From Coleofasciculaceae cyanobacterium (GTDB lineage Bacteria; Cyanobacteriota; Cyanobacteriia; Cyanobacteriales; Coleofasciculaceae), in NCBI GenBank assembly GCA_049671305.1, contig JBATUR010000034.1:27195-91194 (forward strand): 64,000 nt of DNA, in the 5' to 3' direction. The first letter of the stretch is position 1. Every line of letters begins with the position of its first letter. Below the pieces are notes generated by a model. That model searched no databases, was not told where the DNA came from, and saw only the letters and a program-made list of their open reading frames with translations. Positions 57,178 through 64,000 of the stretch are shown piece by piece. A program made the translations under genes and the position numbers.

Positions 57178-59184
57178 TTAATTAGCTAACCACGGATCAC
57201 TAACTGCCGAAAGTTGAGCAAAACGCCGTTGTGCTTGTTGTTCTTGAATTCGCTCAATACTACCTGTAGGAATTGAAGCAATGAGTTGGCGCGTGTAGTC
57301 TTTTTTGGGAGAAAGATAGATGTTTTCGGCAGTATCAATTTCTTCTATTTTGCCTTGATTCATGACCATAATGCGATCGCTCATAAACTTAACCACACTC
57401 AAGTCATGGGAGATGAAAATATAAGTTAGACCAAATTCAGCCTGCAATTCTTTGAGCAAATTTAACACCTGTGCCTGCACCGAAACATCCAGCGCCGAAA
57501 CCGATTCATCGCAGATGATAAACTTAGGATTTAGTGCCAACGCCCTAGCAATACAAACCCGTTGACGTTGACCACCAGAAAATTCGTGAGGATAACGCTG
57601 CATCCAGTTGGGATTTAAACCAACACGTTCTAATAAATAAGTAGCGCGATCGCGTCTAACTTTTTCACTTCCCCGGTCATGAATCAAAAGCGGCTCCATC
57701 ACCGCTTCCCCAATCTTCATGCGCGGATCAAGAGAACTAAAGGGATTTTGAAAAATAATCTGCATTTCTCGACGCAACTGCCGCAAGCGTTTCCCCGAAA
57801 AAGCTGTAACTTCTTGCCCTTCAAACCAAACCTCACCACTGATCGGTTCAATTAATCGTAATAACGTCCGCGCCAAAGTCGATTTACCACAACCTGATTC
57901 TCCAACCAAACCCAAAGTTTCCCCTGGATACACTTCAAAAGAAACTTTATTTACTGCCATTGTGTAGCGCTTGGTGCGACCAAACACCCCCTTTTGGGGA
58001 AAACCAACCATCAGCTCACGTACCGCAACTAGAGGCGATTGGGTTGGGGTTTCTGGGGTCTTTCGATTACTTTCTAAAACTCCTGAAATGGAATCGATAA
58101 AATCAACTTTTTTTTCTGTAATTTGAATTTCACCTGTTGCCGTTTTGCTAACTTCCATAAAATCGGCAACTGTTGGCAAATATTTCTGATGTCCTTCCAA
58201 CTGGGGACGACAGGCAAGTAATCCTTTAGTATAAGGATGTTGGGGACTAGAAAATATCTGCAAAACATCGCCACTTTCCACAACTTTTCCTTGGTACATC
58301 ACCGCCACACTGTCGGCAATTTCAGCAATTACCCCTAAGTCGTGGGTAATAAAAATCATCGACATTCCCCGCGTGTCGCGCAACTCCCGCAACAGTTCCA
58401 AAACCTGCGCTTGTACCGTCACATCCAACGCCGTTGTCGGTTCATCAGCAATTAAAACAGTGGGGTTACAAGAAATTGCCATTGCGATGCAAACTCGCTG
58501 TAATTGTCCACCCGAAAGTTCATGGGGATATCTATCTAAAATTGCTAATTTTCGCTGATTAATTTGATGATTAAGAGCTTTTTCTCCAGGCACAGCAACG
58601 CCTGGATTATTCAAGCGAAATTCCTCTAAATATTGCTGCCGCATTTCGCTATCACTTTCTAGCAGCTTAACTTCTTGAAGATGAGAAATCGCTTGACGCC
58701 GTGCTTCGGATGGAGTTACTTTTTGATGCTGACGAATTGCTTCGGTTAGCTGAAATCCACAGGTATATAATGGGTTGAGAGCCGTCATGGGTTCTTGGAA
58801 AATCATGGCAATTTTCCCGCCCCGAAACAAGCGCTTTTGCTCAGAATTTATTTGTAATAAATTGATGGTTTCGGTATCAGCATCAGCACGAAAATAAATT
58901 TCACCCTGGGTTACTTTACCCGGAACCGGCACCAAACCCATGACTGCTAGGGATGTGACTGATTTGCCACTGCCTGACTCGCCAACAATTCCGAGAGTTT
59001 GTCCACGATTTAGCTTTAAATCGATGCCATCTACAGCATTGACTAATTTGGCATCGGTTTGGAATTGAACTTGCAGATTGCGAACATCTAGGACGAGATC
59101 AGTCATAGCAGTAATTACAGGAGTTAAATGGATTTTAGCAATGCCAAAGGAAAAGCAAATGTGTTGAGTGAGATCTTTTTTCAC
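57178..59184 (-). CDS. ABC transporter ATP-binding protein with two fused nucleotide-binding domains (peptide/nickel DppD-DppF type)
   Basis: There are two Walker A motifs (GESGSGKS and GESGCGKS), two ABC signatures (LSGGQLQRV and FSGGQRQRV) and two Walker B motifs. The true start is probably the internal Met at about 59106. Confidence 0.8.
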   Translation of the reverse strand: MKKDLTQHICFSFGIAKIHLTPVITAMTDLVLDVRNLQVQFQTDAKLVNAVDGIDLKLNRGQTLGIVGESGSGKSVTSLAVMGLVPVPGKVTQGEIYFRADADTETINLLQINSEQKRLFRGGKIAMIFQEPMTALNPLYTCGFQLTEAIRQHQKVTPSEARRQAISHLQEVKLLESDSEMRQQYLEEFRLNNPGVAVPGEKALNHQINQRKLAILDRYPHELSGGQLQRVCIAMAISCNPTVLIADEPTTALDVTVQAQVLELLRELRDTRGMSMIFITHDLGVIAEIADSVAVMYQGKVVESGDVLQIFSSPQHPYTKGLLACRPQLEGHQKYLPTVADFMEVSKTATGEIQITEKKVDFIDSISGVLESNRKTPETPTQSPLVAVRELMVGFPQKGVFGRTKRYTMAVNKVSFEVYPGETLGLVGESGCGKSTLARTLLRLIEPISGEVWFEGQEVTAFSGKRLRQLRREMQIIFQNPFSSLDPRMKIGEAVMEPLLIHDRGSEKVRRDRATYLLERVGLNPNWMQRYPHEFSGGQRQRVCIARALALNPKFIICDESVSALDVSVQAQVLNLLKELQAEFGLTYIFISHDLSVVKFMSDRIMVMNQGKIEEIDTAENIYLSPKKDYTRQLIASIPTGSIERIQEQQAQRRFAQLSAVSDPWLAN

Positions 59185-59461
59185 AAAAAGGCGATCGCAT
59201 TTCTCTGCCGAGACGCTAGGCAGGCAGCAGCACTTTCGCTGTTTTTAGGTTCAAAGGGCTGTACACTATCGCTTTTTGCTTGGTCAATTTCTTTGGGCAA
59301 TAGCTAACCAGACGGCAACTACTCCTAATCAATACGGTTCTACTCACTGCTGAGACTTACCTGAGAGAGATACATTAATGGAACAAAGTACATAAAAGTT
59401 TATAGAGGGTGACTTAAACTACCACCCGATTCATTAACCGCACCATTAGAGCTAAACATTC

Positions 59462-61933
59462 ATGTTTGAACATTTTACAGAAAGAGCCGTCAAGTCAATT
59501 ATGCTTGCTCAAGAAGAAGCCCGCCGCCTCGGACATAATCTGGTAGGCACCGAGCAAATTCTTTTAGGATTAATTGGAGAAGGCACAGGTATTGCTGCCA
59601 TTGTCTTGGATGATTTGGGTATTAAGCTAGAGGGGGTAAGGACTGAGGTAGAAAATCTGATTGGTCGGGGAAATCGTCTTGTCCCTACAGAATTGCCTTT
59701 TACTCCCAAAGCCAAGCGGATTTTTGAGCAATCATATCAAGAAGCTCGTCAACTTGGACATAATTACATCGGCACAGAACATTTATTACTTGCCATCACC
59801 CAGGATAAGGAAGGCGTTGCCGCTAAGGTAATGGACAATTTGGGTGTTGAGTTAGCGAAAGTCAGAATTGCCGTGATGCGGGCATTGGGAGAAGTTGCCG
59901 CTACTACTACTGCTGTTAAGAATTCGCCCTTTATGACAGGTGAGGAAGGCAAGAAGGCGACCTTAGAAGAGTTTGGCACGAATTTAACCAAACTTGCTGC
60001 TGAGGGCAAGCTAGACCCTGTAGTAGGTAGGAGTCAAGAAATTGAACGGGTTGTGCAGATTTTAGGTCGTCGCAGCAAGAATAATCCAATTTTATTGGGA
60101 GAGCCGGGAGTTGGCAAAACTGCGATCGCTGAAGGTTTGGCGCAACGCATTGTTAACAAAAATGTCCCCGATAATTTGGAAGATAAGCAGGTAATTAGCT
60201 TGGATATGGGTTCGATTTTGGCTGGGACTCGCTACCGGGGCGACTTTGAGGAACGCCTTAAGCAAATTATGGAAGAAGTTCGCAACTCAGGCAAGATCAT
60301 CTTGTTCATTGACGAAATCCATACTGTGGTTGGTGCGGGGGCAGTTTCCGGCGGTATGGATGCTGCCAATTTGCTCAAACCAGCGCTGGCACGGGGACAG
60401 ATGCAGTGTTTAGGCGCGACAACTCTTGATGAATATCGTCAGCATATTGAGCGAGATGCCGCCCTAGAGCGTCGTTTTCAGCCTGTTAAGGTGGGAGAGC
60501 CAAGCGTTGCTGAAACGATTGAGATTTTGCATGGGTTGCGGGATGCTTATGAGCAGTATCACAAGGTAACAATTTCTGATGCGGCATTAGAAGCAGCGGC
60601 GAAGCTTTCGGATCGTTATATTTCTGATCGTTATTTGCCGGATAAGGCAATTGATTTGATTGATGAAGCAGGAAGTCGTGTGCATTTGGCAAATTCTCCA
60701 ACTTCTCCTGTTACCAAGGAACTGAAGAAAGAATTGCGTCAGGTGACTGCTGATAAGAATGAGGCAGTTAAGGCTCAGGATTTTGATAAAGCGGGAGAAT
60801 TACGCGATCGCGAATTAGAAATTGAAGCTGAACTTCAGGCAATTATTGCTGGCAAAAATCAGCTAATACCTAATTCATCTACACCGATTGTTGATGAGGA
60901 AGATATTGCCGAAATTGTTGGCTCTTGGACAGGTGTTCCTGTTAACAAAATCTCGGAATCTGAATCTGAGTTGTTGTTGCATTTAGAAGAGACTTTGCAT
61001 CAACGTTTAATTGGACAAGATGAAGCGGTAACGGCGGTTTCTAAGGCAATTCGTCGCGCTAGAGTTGGCTTAAAAAGTCCTAATCGACCAATAGCAAGTT
61101 TTATCTTTTCGGGTCCTACTGGAGTTGGTAAAACTGAACTAGCTAAGGCACTCGCGGCTTATTTCTTCGGTTCAGAAGAGGCGATGATTCGCTTGGATAT
61201 GTCGGAGTTTATGGAAAGCCATACAGTAAGTAAACTGATTGGTTCACCTCCGGGATATGTCGGCTATGACGAAGGCGGTCAACTTACGGAAGCTGTGCGA
61301 CGCAAGCCTTATTCTGTACTACTGTTTGATGAGATTGAAAAAGCACATCCTGATGTTTTCAACACGCTTTTGCAATTGTTAGACGATGGTCGTTTAACTG
61401 ATGCTCAAGGTCGGACTGTAGACTTTAAGAATACGCTGATTATTATGACCTCGAACATTGGTTCTAAGGTTATTGAAAAAGGCGGCGGTGGTATCGGTTT
61501 TGAAGTTTCAGATAACTTGACTGATTCTCGCTATGACCGGATTCGTAGTAAGGTAAATGACGACCTCAAGCAGTATTTTCGTCCTGAGTTTTTGAACCGT
61601 TTGGATGAGATTATTGTCTTCCGTCAATTGACGAAGGATGAGGTTAAGTTAATTGCTGACATTATGTTACGTGAAGTTTCGGCACGCTTACTTGAGCAAG
61701 GAATTAGCCTCGAAGTCACGGAACAGTTCAAAGACCGCTTGGTGCAAGATGGTTATGATCCAAGTTATGGTGCAAGACCTTTACGCCGGGTAATTATGCG
61801 CTTGTTGGAAGATAGTTTGGCTGAAGCTATGTTATCAGGTCAGGTAGGCAATGGTGATCAAGCGATCGTTGATGTCGATGCTGATGGTGTCGTGAAGGTA
61901 TTACCAAAATCGATGCTGGAAACAGTCAGCTAA
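59462..61933 (+). CDS. clpC: ATP-dependent Clp protease ATP-binding subunit ClpC
   Basis: It has a duplicated Clp-N domain, two AAA+ modules (GEPGVGKT and GPTGVGKT), a UVR linker, and the length and conservation typical of cyanobacterial ClpC. Confidence 0.9.
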   Translation: MFEHFTERAVKSIMLAQEEARRLGHNLVGTEQILLGLIGEGTGIAAIVLDDLGIKLEGVRTEVENLIGRGNRLVPTELPFTPKAKRIFEQSYQEARQLGHNYIGTEHLLLAITQDKEGVAAKVMDNLGVELAKVRIAVMRALGEVAATTTAVKNSPFMTGEEGKKATLEEFGTNLTKLAAEGKLDPVVGRSQEIERVVQILGRRSKNNPILLGEPGVGKTAIAEGLAQRIVNKNVPDNLEDKQVISLDMGSILAGTRYRGDFEERLKQIMEEVRNSGKIILFIDEIHTVVGAGAVSGGMDAANLLKPALARGQMQCLGATTLDEYRQHIERDAALERRFQPVKVGEPSVAETIEILHGLRDAYEQYHKVTISDAALEAAAKLSDRYISDRYLPDKAIDLIDEAGSRVHLANSPTSPVTKELKKELRQVTADKNEAVKAQDFDKAGELRDRELEIEAELQAIIAGKNQLIPNSSTPIVDEEDIAEIVGSWTGVPVNKISESESELLLHLEETLHQRLIGQDEAVTAVSKAIRRARVGLKSPNRPIASFIFSGPTGVGKTELAKALAAYFFGSEEAMIRLDMSEFMESHTVSKLIGSPPGYVGYDEGGQLTEAVRRKPYSVLLFDEIEKAHPDVFNTLLQLLDDGRLTDAQGRTVDFKNTLIIMTSNIGSKVIEKGGGGIGFEVSDNLTDSRYDRIRSKVNDDLKQYFRPEFLNRLDEIIVFRQLTKDEVKLIADIMLREVSARLLEQGISLEVTEQFKDRLVQDGYDPSYGARPLRRVIMRLLEDSLAEAMLSGQVGNGDQAIVDVDADGVVKVLPKSMLETVS

Positions 61934-61961
61934 GGTTCTTATTTGAAGTTTAAAAATGATT

Positions 61962-61996
61962 GACACCCTCACTATGATGAGAGTGTCTTTTTTGTG
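61962..61996 (+). terminator. Rho-independent terminator of clpC (GACACCCTCA – loop – TGAGAGTGTC followed by TTTTTT)
   Basis: Nine of ten stem positions pair, and the stem is followed by a T6 tract 28 nt after the clpC stop. Confidence 0.6.
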
Positions 61997-62564
61997 TCTA
62001 ATTTTTATTTAATAAGAGATTAAACCGCTTACTTATCTTGACATCTAAATTCAGGAGGCTAGAGGCACAGTAACTTTAGCGGCTATTTCGAGAAGTGGGA
62101 TTTTATATGCTTTTTTCATAAAACAATAGAGCCATTTTTTCTTTATTTAAATATTAATATTAGTTTTTAGAGAAAGAATATATGATTAATTTATCTCTAA
62201 CTAGAGAGTATAAAACATTATATAAAGTTTGTATATAGATACAGAAAAAGAAAAAAAGCTAGCATAAAGTTTTTAAGTTTTGAGCAAAAGATATTGGCAG
62301 CACCGTTAATAATGGGTACAAGCTTATTTGGTCAAGAAAGAAATTGTTTTTACAAGTTGGATTGTAGGAGTCCAAGGCAAGTCAGACATTTAGTAAGAGC
62401 AACTCTTGAAAATCTAGGTAGGATGTAAAGCTTTTTTCATTTTCTCATCAAGTATGAAATGAAAAAGCTAGCGACAAGCTAGCTAAGTTCGTTGTGGAAC
62501 CTTTCAAGACATAGACTACTAACGTTGTATATCTAAGTCAATTTCATAGGGAGTATCACCAATC

Positions 62565-63353
62565 ATGGGTTTAGAAATTTGGCTGATTTTGGCAATTGGC
62601 GGCTTAGTTTCAGGAGTTCTTGCAGGTTTCTTAGGTATTGGTGGTGGTGTAGTTTTAGTTCCACTGTTAGTAACACTAGGTTACACACCTGTGCAAGCTG
62701 TCGCTACCAGTAGTTTGGGGATTTTAATTAATTCAATTTTTGGTAGTTACCAAAATTGGAAGATGGGTTACTTGCACTTTAAGCCAATCATTTATTTAGG
62801 ATTGCCAGCGATAGTAACGGCTCAAATAGGTGTTTATTTTGCCAGCAGGATTCCCTCATATTTACTACTCTTTTTGTTTGGAATACTGCTGCTGTTTAAT
62901 ATTTATTTAGTGCAGCTTCGTAACCGTTTACTAGCAAAACAATCAGCAACTGATGCTAAACCAGCTAAAAAATTTGACCCCACAGTTTCTCGGATTTTTA
63001 CGGGAAGTGCAGCGGGGATTTTAGCCGGTTTATTTGGTGTAGGAGGTGGCGTGATTATGGTACCGCTGCAAATGTTATTACTAGGAGAAAAAATCAAAGT
63101 CGCGATTCAAACCAGTTTAGCTGTTATTGTTTTGACTGCGGTATCTGCCTGTTTTGGACACGCTTTGGAGGGTAATGTCTTATTTATGGAAGGACTACTT
63201 TTGGGAAGTGGTGGTTTGCTAGGAGTACAAGTTAGTACCCGGACTTTACCAAAGTTACCAGACAAATTAGTAAGCATTATTTTTCGTGGCTTTTTAGCTG
63301 TTTTATCAGTTTACTTTTTCTGGCAAGCTTGGCATATTTTGCATACAGTTTGA
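62565..63353 (+). CDS. TauE/SafE family sulfite or anion exporter (DUF81 membrane protein)
   Basis: It has duplicated 4-TM halves, each with GxLAGFLGIGGGVVLVP and GILAGLFGVGGGVIMVP. Confidence 0.8.
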   Translation: MGLEIWLILAIGGLVSGVLAGFLGIGGGVVLVPLLVTLGYTPVQAVATSSLGILINSIFGSYQNWKMGYLHFKPIIYLGLPAIVTAQIGVYFASRIPSYLLLFLFGILLLFNIYLVQLRNRLLAKQSATDAKPAKKFDPTVSRIFTGSAAGILAGLFGVGGGVIMVPLQMLLLGEKIKVAIQTSLAVIVLTAVSACFGHALEGNVLFMEGLLLGSGGLLGVQVSTRTLPKLPDKLVSIIFRGFLAVLSVYFFWQAWHILHTV

Positions 63354-63445
63354 GTCAAAAGCCATTCACCGACTTCTTGAGCAATTTTATTCATAGCCAG
63401 AAGTTGGTGAATAGAAGGTAATCAAGAAAATGATTGGTTATAGTT

Positions 63446-64000
63446 TTAGTTCAACCCATCAGGAATTCCCAGTATTGAACAAGGAAAACTATAACCAATT
63501 TTCTGCAATATGCCGTGGTTTTGTTCATGACAACCCAGCAATAATGCAGTTGCTGATGTTGATTCAACAACTCTTCTGAGTTCTTTTGCTACATTACCAA
63601 ACCGAAGATGAGTTTTAAAATCTCCTCCCCATTCTTCTGCCAAACAGCAAGCTTGCGCTAAGATTTGCTCCGCTTGTTTCAAAGTTTTAGATTGAGTAGC
63701 AATTGTCTGTGCAGGGTGTATTTTTTCTAAAGTTTGGCGCGAAGTTTCTACTAATTGCTGAGATTTGGGTTTAGTTAAGACTGAGGTGGTGGACTTGCTT
63801 GATACTGAAGATTTCATTTGCCGAGAAAATTGCTCAATTAATAAATCACTGATCTTTGCTGATTGTAAGATAGTTGAGCTAGGAATAGCTGGCTTTTCTG
63901 CCATTACATAAACAACTTGAACAGTAACTTGTTTTTGAGTAGTTAAACGGCTTTGATGAGCAATCAACAGCGCTAAATCTAAGGCAGTTTGGCTCTGAGG
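63446..64000 (-). CDS. Universal-stress-protein-like domain protein. The N-terminus may extend past the window end, because the frame stays open to position 64000
   Basis: The C-terminal block ATALLLGCHEQNHGILQKIGYSFPCSILGIP resembles the Usp G-x2-G-x9-G(S/T) C-terminus. The ORF-track start at 63967 is a non-ATG codon. Confidence 0.35.
   Translation of the reverse strand, partial: PQSQTALDLALLIAHQSRLTTQKQVTVQVVYVMAEKPAIPSSTILQSAKISDLLIEQFSRQMKSSVSSKSTTSVLTKPKSQQLVETSRQTLEKIHPAQTIATQSKTLKQAEQILAQACCLAEEWGGDFKTHLRFGNVAKELRRVVESTSATALLLGCHEQNHGILQKIGYSFPCSILGIPDGLN

Noticed and set aside
1-64000. CRISPR arrays, tRNA or rRNA genes, and transposases or IS elements
   Set aside because: I scanned for regularly spaced direct repeats and for T-loop-like GGTTCGAATCC/GTTCAAATC motifs and found none. 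No transposase or integrase-like ORF is present. A covariance scan would be needed to exclude small RNAs.

Overview
This window reads as chromosomal DNA from a filamentous cyanobacterium (Nostocales-like), judged from gene content and the domain architectures present. Signal-transduction genes dominate. There are five hybrid or PAS histidine kinases, a stand-alone REC protein, and a 1957-aa dual Ser/Thr–His kinase (HstK-like). There is also a Ser/Thr kinase fused to WD40 repeats and a CHASE2 adenylate cyclase. Housekeeping genes include clpC, maf, a sugar ABC importer, an AI-2E family transporter and a TauE/SafE family exporter. Accessory content is substantial. It includes a 1857-aa secreted TPS-domain/β-helix/FG-GAP/CHAT (caspase-like) protein, an 885-aa MBL β-CASP nuclease-like protein, a flotillin gene translationally coupled to the STK-WD40 kinase, and an HlyD-like plus PilZ-cellulose-synthase pair (Xcs-type). 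There is also a four-gene block of unknown proteins: two tandem paralogs, one carrying a ~450-aa polyacidic tail with repeated DW motifs. A 59-aa Psb34-like ORF was missed by the ORF track, and a partial gene at the window start carries 36-bp tandem Pro/Thr repeats. No rRNA, tRNA, CRISPR array or transposase was seen. Other features noted are an 18-bp perfect palindrome in a divergent promoter, direct repeats upstream of the CHAT gene, and several hairpin terminators.
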